DNA from: Sedimentisphaerales bacterium
Lineage (GTDB): Bacteria; Planctomycetota; Phycisphaerae; Sedimentisphaerales; SM23-30
Assembly (NCBI GenBank): GCA_963666285.1
Contig: OY762711.1
Length of the DNA stretch: 64,000 nt
Strand: one strand, 5' to 3'
How positions within the stretch are numbered: the first letter of the stretch is position 1; each line of letters starts with the position of its first letter. The position numbers were made by a program, and so were the translations under genes. The notes under the pieces are model-generated. The model had not been told where the DNA came from, searched no databases, and worked only from the letters and a program-made list of their open reading frames with translations. This document shows, one piece after another, positions 10,920 through 20,790 of the stretch.

Positions 10920-12287
10920 CTATCCAATATCGCCCAGCAGACCGACATAAGCACCGGCAGCTAACGTATCAGTATCTTCGATAGACTTCTGACCATGAAT
11001 CGTAATAGTTGACCTTTGAGTCCCAAGCAGAGTTACCTGGCCAATAGTAAACTTAACATGATCACTGCGAGCAATACCACGTTTACGCAGCTCGCCAAGT
11101 TTGGCAGCCTGTTTCAAATCGCCCAGGATAACCGGTATATGATCAGCTGCAGGCTTAACCTTTGGCATAACATGAGTCGTCTGCACTGGATAACCATGGA
11201 ACATCTTCTGGCGGCCACGCAGGCCTTCTATCATTTCTGTCAGAGTTGTGCCGCCCATATTAGAGGCAATATTCAACATCACACTATAATAGAAATTACG
11301 ATGACAGAAATACTTGGTATCGCCAGTATCAGCAAAGTCAGGCAAACGACCTTCAATACCAAGAAAATCTTTTTCAACCATCGCAGTCCAGTCACCAGCA
11401 GTCTTCTGGATCTGAATACCAGGATTATCAGAAGGGCTTTCTGTAACTCCCAGCAGCGACGGGATCAAACCCATAATATTGAAATAGCTCAAGGTGCCAT
11501 CACCCATAAAACCGATCTGATCTTCTTTCTTCGCAAACGCCCTGGCAAACTGCTGCATAATAATTGGAGCCAGTGCAATTGCTGAATCTTCCATCAGATC
11601 TTTACCAACAAACATCAGCGACATCCAGGTCAAAGCCTGCAGCCCTATACTGGCAGCCTTCAAATCAGCATCAGCCGGCTCAATGCCAAGAGCCGGACAA
11701 TACACCGGCAGATCGCCCATCAGCGACGGTGCAGACCCTTCCGGAGAACTCATCGGCCAGACAGTCGTATTAGCACGAAACGCACCGTAACTTTCCTGTA
11801 AGGCGATCAGTGTATTTATAAACTGGTCCGGCACAAAATATCCGCCGGTAATATTATCGCCGCCATCCATAGCCTTAAGCTCAACACCACGACTATCAAG
11901 AGTTTTGATAATACTATCTCTTCTTGACATCTGACCCATAGCTTCCTTGGCAATTGCCAGGACAGACAAACCAAATGCTTCAGCAGCATCAGTTGAGCCA
12001 AACATCTTACAAGAACTGACAAGATGACTTGAACTGCTCATCAGATGTTTAATCTGCTTACGCATAACACCGAGAGCCTCTTCAGCTTCTTTAACCTGCA
12101 TTTCGGTTTCGGTCAGTTTCTTATTAAGTTCATTCTCACTATCAGCCATCAGCTCCTGCAGGAACTTTTCAGAAAACTCCTTCAGGCCATCCTGCATTTC
12201 ATTTTTGGTAACATGGCCTTTAGAATACTGTTCCATAATCAGTTCAATTTTTTCTTCAATATCTAATTCATCAAACTTCTTTGACAT
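10920..12287 (-). CDS. HK97-fold major capsid protein
   Basis: N-terminal coiled coil, GGYFVPDQF, FMGDG, GYPV, ILGDLK; AGGAG RBS before ATG 12287. Confidence 0.92.
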   Translation of the reverse strand: MSKKFDELDIEEKIELIMEQYSKGHVTKNEMQDGLKEFSEKFLQELMADSENELNKKLTETEMQVKEAEEALGVMRKQIKHLMSSSSHLVSSCKMFGSTDAAEAFGLSVLAIAKEAMGQMSRRDSIIKTLDSRGVELKAMDGGDNITGGYFVPDQFINTLIALQESYGAFRANTTVWPMSSPEGSAPSLMGDLPVYCPALGIEPADADLKAASIGLQALTWMSLMFVGKDLMEDSAIALAPIIMQQFARAFAKKEDQIGFMGDGTLSYFNIMGLIPSLLGVTESPSDNPGIQIQKTAGDWTAMVEKDFLGIEGRLPDFADTGDTKYFCHRNFYYSVMLNIASNMGGTTLTEMIEGLRGRQKMFHGYPVQTTHVMPKVKPAADHIPVILGDLKQAAKLGELRKRGIARSDHVKFTIGQVTLLGTQRSTITIHGQKSIEDTDTLAAGAYVGLLGDIG

Positions 12288-12327
12288 AATATAACTCCTG
12301 TTATTTAATTTACTATTCAAGCTGTTG

Positions 12328-13113
12328 TTAATCAGCAGCACGCTGTTTGGCTATAATACTATCAATAGCCGAAATATAATCATTCACACCGCCTTTACCA
12401 TTTGTGCCATCAGAATCATCAGCTTCGAATTCGTCGTCGGTGTCATCGTCGCCTTCGACCAGTGAATCTGGATCACAAATCAACATCTTCAATTCTTCAA
12501 ATTTCTCTTCAAATCTCTGCTCAAGTTTACTCACCCTCTCATCTATCAGCTGACTAATACTACCTTCATTCTCCTGGGCATCCAGTGCCTTCTGCAATGC
12601 CTGGCGATTGGCCGGGACCGCTACACAGCTGATCTCTACCAGCTCTATCTCGGTAATAACATAAACCTTAACACCTCTGACAGTTTCCACGACAGCATCT
12701 CTAACATAAAATCCAATCGATACTGCCCGCATATGCTTCTGGCTATAAAGTTTGAAATACTCCTCAGCCAGCTCAACATCTTTTGCAAATATCAAATCCA
12801 TTTCTGAGTAGGTTTTATAACGCTTATAACTGTCAGTATCCCAGCTGCCAACAACCGTAGATCTCCCGGTCGAACTGCTATGCAGATGCACCGCCAGGCT
12901 AACCGGATTAGCTGAAAAATCTTTAATAGACTTCTCGACGGCATCCTGCTTAACAATCTCGCCATGACGGTCAACCTTCTCTGAAGATATAACAAATCTG
13001 ATACGACGTTCATCTTCAGATTCCGGCTGCTCTTTCGCCAAATAGCCAGCTGTATAAATCTTACTATTGATCAGCTCTTCAACGCTTTTGAATTTTTCTG
13101 TAGCTAAAACCAT
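12328..13113 (-). CDS. HK97-family prohead protease
   Basis: VDRHGE, NPV.L.H, AVSIGF, ELVEISCVAVPAN motifs. Confidence 0.92.
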   Translation of the reverse strand: MVLATEKFKSVEELINSKIYTAGYLAKEQPESEDERRIRFVISSEKVDRHGEIVKQDAVEKSIKDFSANPVSLAVHLHSSSTGRSTVVGSWDTDSYKRYKTYSEMDLIFAKDVELAEEYFKLYSQKHMRAVSIGFYVRDAVVETVRGVKVYVITEIELVEISCVAVPANRQALQKALDAQENEGSISQLIDERVSKLEQRFEEKFEELKMLICDPDSLVEGDDDTDDEFEADDSDGTNGKGGVNDYISAIDSIIAKQRAAD

Positions 13114-15518
13114 TATGCAGCCTTTCTTTCCATCGAATCAGCCAGTTGCTTAATACTTATCATCTTACCTTGCCTGTTAACATGCGGCACCGCCACACAC
13201 CTGCAGTGGATAACATTCCCGGCAGATCCAGATGGATCGCCAGGATACATTAGTTTCTCACCGCCAACTACAAAAGCTTCGCCAACCTTAACTATTTGAT
13301 TATTCGCCTTATGATGTGCATCACGCACAACGGTATCACCACTAGTCAGCCATCGTTTCTCTTTCACCCCAGACACCTTCATCGCCTGCTGACGGCCACT
13401 GGAAACAGCTCCGGAAGTTTGTGTCCTGGCAATACTCAAAGCTCGCTTGCGATTATCACCCAACTTATCTGAAATCTTATCAGCTATCTGCTGGACAGAA
13501 TTACCGGCACGAATAGAATCTGTCAGAGTCTTCTCGATAACTTTTTTCGTGTGCTGGTTGATCTTGCCGATTTTAGTATTACTGACAACGAGTTTACTTT
13601 GAATATATTTAGATCCGGTAACTTTATCAGCCAGCTCTTTAGCGACCTCACTCTCACCTATCTCGTTTGCGATCTGCCTGGCACCCAGCTCCGCACCCTG
13701 AACAAAGAAAGTTCGGTTTATAACTCGCAGCTTATCGTTCTCAACTTTCAGATCAAAAACAATCCTCATCACCACATCATCTGCCACATCTTTAGTCAGG
13801 CACTTTTGTTTAGGATCATATTGATAATCCTTCAGCAGCTTCTTAACCTGCTTAATAACACTGTTAGATTGACCTACCATATAACCACGAATTTTATTCT
13901 TATAGGCTTTCTCCAAACCAGCCCAGCTCTTTACCCAGCCATTCCAGTATCTTACTGCCTGCTGATCTTCCTCTTTTTTACGACGGCCCAAAATGTCATC
14001 TGCGATAGATTTTATCAATTCCTTCCTTTGCTCTATTTCTTCTTTACGCTCTGAATATATCCTTTGAGATTCAGCCACAGAATGTTTATATAGTTTCTCG
14101 CCCTCATCTTCACCATCTTCATCATCTGGCTCCTGCCCTTCAGGGAGCTGCTCCTCAGCGGGACCGCCATTAGCCTCATCTTCCATAAGCTGCTTATAGC
14201 TAACCTTTAGCCCATTAGCCCACGCATCATCACCCCATTTAACATGTTCAAACGGCAGATCATAAGCATCGATCAACTGGTTAAGAGGCACACCAGAATC
14301 AGAAAACTTCAGAACCTTTTCCGCCGTCTCCTGCATAAGCTGCTGCATAGTCGGATGCTCTTCAGCTGCAAACCAGACATACATCTGATTACCGTCATTT
14401 ACCGCATCTCTCTTAGCTGCCTTATAGCTTCTAAGATCAACCATCTTCTTAAGGCCAACTTTTGTATCAACTACCTTACTGCGAACATGCCTGGTTGATA
14501 CCGACGCCAACCTGGCAACCGGCCCATGAGTCAAAGACATACCGATAGTATTCAAAATCGGCAACACCGTATTAGCTATCAGTCTCTGCTGAGCCGGGCC
14601 ATGGGCATATTGAGCCTCAGAGCTAAGCCCCACACATTCAGGCGGCACATTAAATAACGCACATATCCCTTTAGCTGTGAAGTTACTGAGATTGATCATA
14701 TCAAGTTCGACCATCGTTTGTGCTATAGCCGATATCTTAGCACCGCCAGATAATACCGCTGTCTTACCGGCATTATTAGCACCGGCATGATATGCATCAA
14801 ACTGATTGCGTAAATACAGCTTCTGGTCATTAGTCATACTACCAGGTACTTCAACGACATTACCAACCTTACCGCCATTACGCAGTGCCGCTTCATTTAG
14901 CTGTTCTGCCTGGCGTGCCGTTGAGATCAGCAGCTCACCAGCTTTAACAGCCGGTACCGAAATCCAGGGCTGCAGCATATTAGGATTGAACCGACATTGA
15001 ACATGAATCTCTTCCGGGCTATATTGCTGCTGCTGTCCATAATCATCAGTCAACACCCAATAGCCTATCTCATTACCAACAAACTCAGGCCGCAGATGCA
15101 GCGGCGAAGCAACTATAAATGATTTAGGCCTCATCCCGACCATATCGGTATATACCAGGTAGTAACAGCGAAACAAAGCCAGATACCCAGCCATCTCTTC
15201 AAGCTTCTGAACCCACTTCATCTTGTCACGATATAGTAGATCTATAACCGGCCCAGCTTCGACAACTTCATCGTTAGCCGTACTGACCATCATCGGAATA
15301 GAATTACAAGCATCCAGAATAGCATTAATACAAATAAACACCCAGTCACTTTGCGAATACGGATCACTCACCAGATTAGCTTCACTACCGCCAGACTGAG
15401 CTGCCTGAATAACCCTCTGCAATGATTCATTACTCTTTATCTCAAGCGAGCCGTCACCGGCAGCTTGAATGTCACTTGTAATTATTGTCGATGTATAATC
15501 GTTCATTATTAAATGCAT
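13113..15518 (-). CDS. HK97-type portal fused to Mu gpF/SPP1 gp7 minor head domain
   Basis: Portal motifs (WVFICI, GANNAGKTAVL, ICALFNVPP), acidic linker, IARTQT..KRWLTSGD..VRDAH..LMYPGDP..HCRC. Confidence 0.88.
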   Translation of the reverse strand: MHLIMNDYTSTIITSDIQAAGDGSLEIKSNESLQRVIQAAQSGGSEANLVSDPYSQSDWVFICINAILDACNSIPMMVSTANDEVVEAGPVIDLLYRDKMKWVQKLEEMAGYLALFRCYYLVYTDMVGMRPKSFIVASPLHLRPEFVGNEIGYWVLTDDYGQQQQYSPEEIHVQCRFNPNMLQPWISVPAVKAGELLISTARQAEQLNEAALRNGGKVGNVVEVPGSMTNDQKLYLRNQFDAYHAGANNAGKTAVLSGGAKISAIAQTMVELDMINLSNFTAKGICALFNVPPECVGLSSEAQYAHGPAQQRLIANTVLPILNTIGMSLTHGPVARLASVSTRHVRSKVVDTKVGLKKMVDLRSYKAAKRDAVNDGNQMYVWFAAEEHPTMQQLMQETAEKVLKFSDSGVPLNQLIDAYDLPFEHVKWGDDAWANGLKVSYKQLMEDEANGGPAEEQLPEGQEPDDEDGEDEGEKLYKHSVAESQRIYSERKEEIEQRKELIKSIADDILGRRKKEEDQQAVRYWNGWVKSWAGLEKAYKNKIRGYMVGQSNSVIKQVKKLLKDYQYDPKQKCLTKDVADDVVMRIVFDLKVENDKLRVINRTFFVQGAELGARQIANEIGESEVAKELADKVTGSKYIQSKLVVSNTKIGKINQHTKKVIEKTLTDSIRAGNSVQQIADKISDKLGDNRKRALSIARTQTSGAVSSGRQQAMKVSGVKEKRWLTSGDTVVRDAHHKANNQIVKVGEAFVVGGEKLMYPGDPSGSAGNVIHCRCVAVPHVNRQGKMISIKQLADSMERKAA

Positions 15519-15525
15519 CCTTGCA

Positions 15526-16854
15526 TTAACCGCACATTAAAAGCTCTACCTCGCAGCCGCAATCGCTGGCCATCAGAGCCAGGGCACCTGCCCAGAATCT
15601 ATCGGCATGACCATCCTTGGTCCGCTCAGCATCAAACCGCACATTATTAGCGGCGGTCACTAATTTCTTAACACTATGTAAATCATCTCTCAAAACTCTG
15701 TCATTCGGAATCCTTACAAGCCTGTCCTCAAACTTGCGTTTCATCCTGCCAGCCAAATCCTGCTTGGACGGATTAGTAAACTTGACACCTTCAGCTCGGC
15801 TCTCACCCAAAAAGTCAACAACATCTTCTGCCAGGTTATCGCCAAGTCCGGTGCTATCGATACAGATCCTTTCAATATTCCATTTCTTCATGACCTGGAA
15901 TATCACCGCCTTCTGGTCTTTATACTTAACCTTAGGCAGCGTCAGGATCAGCCTGGTCCAGAACACATCACCGATTTGTTCCATAACCCACAAGACTGCT
16001 CTATCTCGAACACGGCCAACATCGTAACCAGCATAAAGCGGACCGTGCGGAGTGAAGTTATAAAGATCAATATCAAAATCTTCATATTCGATCTCGTGAG
16101 GCAGCTGTATATCGTAACAATGTTCGATCAGGTCATAAGTCAGCCAGGCAGAGGCATCATCAATAAACAGACATTCAAACTCCTGCTGCCAGGCATCGGC
16201 ATCGTCGATACCTTTTTTAAGCTCATCAATGTTATGCTCAACGCCATCTTTAACAGCCTGGTAAATGTCAACGAAATGCTTACTCCATCCGTTATCATTA
16301 TTCCATAGGCTGGCAAACTTATTACCCTTGCCCTGCGGTGTTGACACAACCCTAACCTTGTAACCCTTGGAGACGGTCGGAAACATCGCACGCCAGATCG
16401 CATCAGAATCCTTGTGGAACGCAAACTCGTCCAGAATAACATTAGCGGTAAAGCCACGAGCTGTATCCGGATTCGCTGGCAGGCCAATAATCCTGGCACC
16501 ATTCGGCAGCCACGCTGTCAGCATAGTGAGCTTGGTATCCTCGAAGTAATCGATCTCCATGCTTTCAGCCGCCATGCCGCACGCCTTTAAATGAGCGTTG
16601 ACCTTTGCCATCAGCTCTTTGCTCTGACGCTCACCGGCACTGAGCAGCACCCAGTCATTTCCAGTTTCAATCGCATCCAGTACAGCCTCAAGCGAAACCG
16701 CAAAGCTCTTACCGATCTGACGACACATCAGCCCGATCTTAAACCTGCTATCATCAGCCAGCCATCGCTCCTGATAGCCGTACAAGCCAACCGCACCTTT
16801 TTTCTTTCTCAAAGGTTTTACAGGCTCGCTAAGATCTCCGGCAGGTACAATCAT
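15526..16854 (-). CDS. Terminase large subunit (Mu gp28-like)
   Basis: YQ, RQIGKS, PDTARG, ILDEFAFH, STPQG, GYDVGR..D, IDSTGLG, HADRFWA. Confidence 0.95.
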   Translation of the reverse strand: MIVPAGDLSEPVKPLRKKKGAVGLYGYQERWLADDSRFKIGLMCRQIGKSFAVSLEAVLDAIETGNDWVLLSAGERQSKELMAKVNAHLKACGMAAESMEIDYFEDTKLTMLTAWLPNGARIIGLPANPDTARGFTANVILDEFAFHKDSDAIWRAMFPTVSKGYKVRVVSTPQGKGNKFASLWNNDNGWSKHFVDIYQAVKDGVEHNIDELKKGIDDADAWQQEFECLFIDDASAWLTYDLIEHCYDIQLPHEIEYEDFDIDLYNFTPHGPLYAGYDVGRVRDRAVLWVMEQIGDVFWTRLILTLPKVKYKDQKAVIFQVMKKWNIERICIDSTGLGDNLAEDVVDFLGESRAEGVKFTNPSKQDLAGRMKRKFEDRLVRIPNDRVLRDDLHSVKKLVTAANNVRFDAERTKDGHADRFWAGALALMASDCGCEVELLMCG

Positions 16855-16884
16855 TAAGGTGTCAATCCTCTATTCACTTGTTAA

Positions 16885-17157
16885 TTATGCCGGGTAAAAT
16901 TCCAAAAACTTGTCATCTAAAACACTGTGTTTTGGTATTTCCACCGAACGTTCTTCTATCTTATTTTCAAATAGATTCCAGTCGCTAGCTAAATATTGAC
17001 GACGAAACTCATCCATATCCAAGTTCTCTCTAATCTCTTCTGCAATACTTTTCCCATTACCAACAGGCTTAATAAATATCGCATCAGCAGGCGCAGCTGC
17101 AATTGCTCTGGCAGTTTTACCGACTGATCTTGATTCAACTTTAATCAACGATGCCAT
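16885..17157 (-). CDS. Hypothetical protein
   Basis: 90 aa ORF overlapping upstream gene. Confidence 0.5.
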   Translation of the reverse strand: MASLIKVESRSVGKTARAIAAAPADAIFIKPVGNGKSIAEEIRENLDMDEFRRQYLASDWNLFENKIEERSVEIPKHSVLDDKFLEFYPA

Positions 17158-17704
17158 AGATCTGCTCCTTAATAGCCTTCAATACTTCAGGACTGATTTC
17201 TTTCTTATATGTTTTTTCAATCTTCTCTGCCGCCGCCTTCGCCTTCTCCTCCACCTGCTGCCTGACATACTTATCAGAAGCAATCGCAACCTGCGTGCAT
17301 TCTTTGGCACACCTGGCAATATCTTTCAGCTCCAGGGCACTAAAGCTATCAGCATCGCTCACCAGCTCAATCAGGTGAGCTGTTATCATCTCAGCTGCCG
17401 CCTTTTGTGTCTGGCTGGCCTTCTCACCGTCCATCCCCTTCATCGTCTCACGAGCGATCAGCCCGGCGTTCCTCATCCTGGTCAAAGCTTTAACCCGCTG
17501 ACCGTACCTGCCCATCGCAGATTCTGAGATCTTATGCCCTTTAAGCTCGCAATAATTTACGCAATCGATATAGCGAGGCTTACCGATCCAGTCATCATCC
17601 GGACAGAACCCATCCGGCCAGACACCATCAATCAGCATATCATCGATAGTTGTCTTAACCTCAACTGGCAGCTTTTCAATTGTAGAATGTGTTCTTCTGC
17701 TCAT
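17141..17704 (-). CDS. Mu gp27/DUF3486-like protein (putative terminase small subunit)
   Basis: STIEKLP..ISESAMGRYG..IKEQIYGI pattern; upstream of terminase. Confidence 0.8.
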   Translation of the reverse strand: MSRRTHSTIEKLPVEVKTTIDDMLIDGVWPDGFCPDDDWIGKPRYIDCVNYCELKGHKISESAMGRYGQRVKALTRMRNAGLIARETMKGMDGEKASQTQKAAAEMITAHLIELVSDADSFSALELKDIARCAKECTQVAIASDKYVRQQVEEKAKAAAEKIEKTYKKEISPEVLKAIKEQIYGIVD

Positions 17705-17710
17705 GGGTGC

Positions 17711-17992
17711 TTATATCTCCAACGCCGGATCATCGATCAAGTCATCTGCAATTTCCTTCCCTTTAGCGGTCAGGATATACAGCTTCTCACCGTAAACATC
17801 GATCTCCCTTACATACCCCTTATCGACCAGGTACGCCAGGTCGCGGTTAAGCAAGTCATGGCTATAACCGTGCGGGTCAAGCTCGATCATAGTCCTATAG
17901 ATTATGTTCTTCTTCACCCTCGCCGGGTAAGCATCGTTAAGTGCCGCCAGTAGATCGTTTCGGGCCATCTTAATTTTTTTTCGATTGTCCAT
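17711..17992 (-). CDS. Mu gp26-like winged-helix protein
   Basis: LNRDLAYLVDKGYV..LTAKGKE; synteny with gp27-gp28; start uncertain. Confidence 0.7.
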   Translation of the reverse strand: MDNRKKIKMARNDLLAALNDAYPARVKKNIIYRTMIELDPHGYSHDLLNRDLAYLVDKGYVREIDVYGEKLYILTAKGKEIADDLIDDPALEI

Positions 17993-18323
17993 TCCAGTCC
18001 TTAACCTCATCTAAGACGTTCTTGGTTATCTCACCAACCATCCGAGGCAGCTTCTCGAATAGTCCAACACTTGTTTTAATTTCTGTTAGAGTCTCCTGCA
18101 GCTTCTGCATCGCCTGTCGGTTAATCGCCGCCTCGCGCAGATACTGTTCAATGCCGACGAAATTCTCGTTACAGTTCAGACGACATTGAGCCTGAGCTTT
18201 ATCCAGCTCATTGGTTCTATCTTCAACTCGTGTTATCCTGGCATCCATTTTCTTAATCTGCCAGATAATCACTCCGCCGACAACGCCGGATATTATCGAT
18301 GGTAACAACGTCACAAAATCCAT
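17970..18323 (-). CDS. Membrane-anchored coiled-coil protein (Mu gp25-like position)
   Basis: N-terminal TM helix then coiled coil; synteny. Confidence 0.55.
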   Translation of the reverse strand: MDFVTLLPSIISGVVGGVIIWQIKKMDARITRVEDRTNELDKAQAQCRLNCNENFVGIEQYLREAAINRQAMQKLQETLTEIKTSVGLFEKLPRMVGEITKNVLDEVKDWNGQSKKN

Positions 18324-18325
18324 AC

Positions 18326-18384
18326 ATTCGTGCCTATTCGTGTGAACCCTGCACTGTACGGTGCAAGGGGATTCGTGGTTAAAA
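18326..18384 (+). repeat. ATTCGTG decamer repeat element with TGCAC..GTGCA hairpin
   Basis: Near-identical to copies at 24124-24183 and 24965-25024. Confidence 0.85.
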
Positions 18385-18463
18385 TTTCTTGCCGTTCAAA
18401 CAAAATTTGGCGGAGCAGCAACAAGCTACCCCGCCTCGAAAGGATCTTCAACAGAAAAAGATA

Positions 18464-19147
18464 TTATGCTGTATTGGGAGTAGCCGTCGATAGCTTAACC
18501 GCCTGGACCTTATTCTCTCTCACCAGTGCCTCGGTACCCGCCGTCTGGTTCGCTTTCTGGTAATCCTTGAACCGATCGACCAACGCCGAATATCCGCTCT
18601 GTTCCAGCTCTGCAATAAACCCGTCATTAGCCTGCACAACTTCCTTAACCGCCGTCGCCGCCTGGCCGGCTTTCTTAACTGCTGTAACTATCCCACTGCT
18701 GCCCTTGAGCACCCCGGCTCCGACAAGAGCCATCGCCAGTGATCCGACCACACCTAGTCCCTGCTCAACCTGTTCGACAACCTCTTGCGTCTTTGGTCGC
18801 TGTGCAGCATCAAATTCCGCCTGTGCCGTTACCGTTTCATTCGTTAAAATATCTATATTTGATGTGTCGGGAATCGTCTCCGGCGGCCCGTAATACGTGA
18901 CAATCGCATCAGCCTGTCTTTCCGCATTATCAGCCAGCCTTCCTGATATTGGAGGCAGCTTTTCTCCTGCAACCAGCTTGCCGATCTGTCCGGCCAAAGC
19001 TTCAACAGTTTTCTTGTGAATTACCGCTGATTCCTTTTGAGCCTCGGTTGGTGCCAGACGCAATTTGTCACCGCAACCGCTAAGAAATACCAGGGAAATA
19101 ATGCATACCAGCATCAATAGAAATGAGCCAAAACCCGTTTTAATCAT
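18464..19147 (-). CDS. Phage lipoprotein (possible lysis/spanin-like)
   Basis: Signal peptide with LSGC lipobox, second hydrophobic segment; first gene of late operon; AGGAG RBS. Confidence 0.6.
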   Translation of the reverse strand: MIKTGFGSFLLMLVCIISLVFLSGCGDKLRLAPTEAQKESAVIHKKTVEALAGQIGKLVAGEKLPPISGRLADNAERQADAIVTYYGPPETIPDTSNIDILTNETVTAQAEFDAAQRPKTQEVVEQVEQGLGVVGSLAMALVGAGVLKGSSGIVTAVKKAGQAATAVKEVVQANDGFIAELEQSGYSALVDRFKDYQKANQTAGTEALVRENKVQAVKLSTATPNTA

Positions 19148-19213
19148 AGCTTAAACTCCTTTTTAAGCAATGTTAAAGCAGCATCATGCCGCCGTTTAAC
19201 GGGCTGTAAACAT

Positions 19214-19262
19214 AAAAAAAAGCCCGTATGCTAAAGTTAATATCAACTCAGTCACACGGGCT
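19214..19262 (-). terminator. Intrinsic terminator-like hairpin in late-operon leader
   Basis: Minus strand AGCCCGUGUG...CAUACGGGCU followed by U-tract. Confidence 0.75.
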
Positions 19263-19327
19263 GTATTGCCGTAAAAAATTAAATTGTTTTGAGCTAGGCC
19301 GTCACGCCATCATCGCTCGACATATAC

Positions 19328-19356
19328 CATTATCGGCTATCCCACCGAATTGTCAA
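19328..19356 (-). promoter_or_regulatory. Putative late promoter
   Basis: Minus strand TTGACA-16-GATAAT; contains GCCGATAA. Confidence 0.5.
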
Positions 19357-19573
19357 CACCTTTTTTTTTCTTAACCACGGATGAACGCAGACTCACACTG
19401 ACACACAGAGGATCCAGCAGAAGTAGTGCATTACTAAGCATTATATCACTGCCGGCCAGGAACCGACTGATAATTGACCGATTAACCCCGGATAACTTCT
19501 CAAGCTCTCTATAGCTGACCTCGTGCACTTCAAGCTGCTCTTTAACTAATTGCCTGATCTCTTCTATATCCAT
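19337..19573 (-). CDS. Small XRE-type HTH protein (Aca-like position)
   Basis: SYRELEKLSGVNRSIISRFLAG; start taken at ATG 19573. Confidence 0.8.
   Translation of the reverse strand: MDIEEIRQLVKEQLEVHEVSYRELEKLSGVNRSIISRFLAGSDIMLSNALLLLDPLCVSVSLRSSVVKKKKGVDNSVG
19367..19401 (+). repeat. 35-bp direct repeat, copy 1
   Basis: tttcttaaccacggatgaacgcagactcacactga; 34/35 identical to 20791-20825. Confidence 0.95.
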
Positions 19574-19653
19574 TTTTTTCACCACGAATAAAAACGCCCC
19601 GGCACCGTCGCGCCAGGGCAAAAAAACCTGTACCGCATGGCACAAGGGAAAGG

Positions 19654-19995
19654 TCACTTTTTTTCTCGCTCGAGCTGAAACAGCACGTTACTGTACATTG
19701 CTCTTGTCTGCGGAGTGTTAGCCAGCTCCACTCTCTCTAGCCACCGGAAGTAGATTTCCGCTGTTCCAGTGCATATATACGGCATCTGCCCGGCTTCTGA
19801 TAATAGTTCGGCGATTCGGTCGAACATCTGGCAATGTATCTCATAGGGCATCTCGTCAGCATCGCTGTAAACAGCGTTATAATCGTTCTCGCTCTGCCAG
19901 TGGACAATTGGAATAACGGTAGGACTGCCGCCTTGTTTGGCGACAACCCCCATAATATAATCAAATCGCTCTTGAGCTAACTGTTCAATGTTCAT
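19654..19995 (-). CDS. Small acidic hypothetical protein
   Basis: 113 aa, AGGAG RBS. Confidence 0.7.
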   Translation of the reverse strand: MNIEQLAQERFDYIMGVVAKQGGSPTVIPIVHWQSENDYNAVYSDADEMPYEIHCQMFDRIAELLSEAGQMPYICTGTAEIYFRWLERVELANTPQTRAMYSNVLFQLEREKK

Positions 19996-19996
19996 A

Positions 19997-20308
19997 TCAC
20001 TCTCCTGTCATCTTATTCCATAAGCCTCGTTTGGCGGTATTCTCTTTGTTTGTCACGCCATCTTTCCAGGCATCATAATCGCAGCCGCAATCGATGAAGC
20101 TTGCCAGCTCAGCTTTAAGTCTATCTTTTTTGTTTTGTTCGTTAGGGTAAGAGAAGCCGCCATTTACGAATAAGTCGAAGTATATATTAATTCTGCGATC
20201 ATCTAGTTCTGGGCCGCCAATTAATAAGTTGTTATCGGCTTCTACGGTTTTAACAAAATTTAATTCTTCGCTATATCTTTTTTGGAACTCGTTCATTTTT
20301 ATCTCCAT
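19997..20308 (-). CDS. Small acidic hypothetical protein
   Basis: About 100 aa; start 20308 or 20296. Confidence 0.7.
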   Translation of the reverse strand: MEIKMNEFQKRYSEELNFVKTVEADNNLLIGGPELDDRRINIYFDLFVNGGFSYPNEQNKKDRLKAELASFIDCGCDYDAWKDGVTNKENTAKRGLWNKMTGE

Positions 20309-20353
20309 TATTTCAAAAAAAAATTATGCCCCGGCTAACCAGGGCTTGAATTG

Positions 20354-20590
20354 TTAGTTAATAATTCTACCTTGCTCACCTGACCATGCAAACCTGTCAC
20401 TGTTGGCTTTTGCAGCTTCAATAACGGCAACAGGAATAGCTTCGACGACGAAGTCAGGACAAACTGCCATATTAACACCGTTGTGCACCATAGGCCTGTC
20501 ATTAGCATCAAGCATGACTTTATTGCGTTTACCAGCTTTAAATTCTTCTGCGATTCTGTTCCATGTTCTTGTCTTGGTTGTTTTTTTCAT
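20354..20590 (-). CDS. Small hypothetical protein
   Basis: 78 aa from ATG 20590 after AAGG RBS. Confidence 0.65.
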   Translation of the reverse strand: MKKTTKTRTWNRIAEEFKAGKRNKVMLDANDRPMVHNGVNMAVCPDFVVEAIPVAVIEAAKANSDRFAWSGEQGRIIN

Positions 20591-20655
20591 TTTCTTACCT
20601 TTCCGGCCCGTCGGCCATTTTGTTTTTTCTGAGGCCCCTTGCCTCATCTACCTAT

Positions 20656-20687
20656 AATATACCACAGTGGTTGTGTCAATGCAACCA
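20656..20687 (-). promoter_or_regulatory. Sigma70-type promoter with overlapping inverted repeats
   Basis: TTGCAT-17-TATATT with extended -10 TG; TGGTTG-N8-CAACCA (20668-20687) and ACCACAGTGGT (20661-20671). Confidence 0.7.
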
Positions 20688-20790
20688 TAAAAGCAAAAAA
20701 TATTTTCCCCATTCGTGCATATTCGTGTTAATTCGTGGTTAAATAAAGACTTACACTGCAAAACTTTTTCGTAAAATTTCGTGGCTTCTG

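Noticed and set aside
18330..18563. ORFs starting MPIRVNPA / MLIRVNPA (also 24128) as a gene family
   Set aside because: The similarity is just translation of the intergenic repeat
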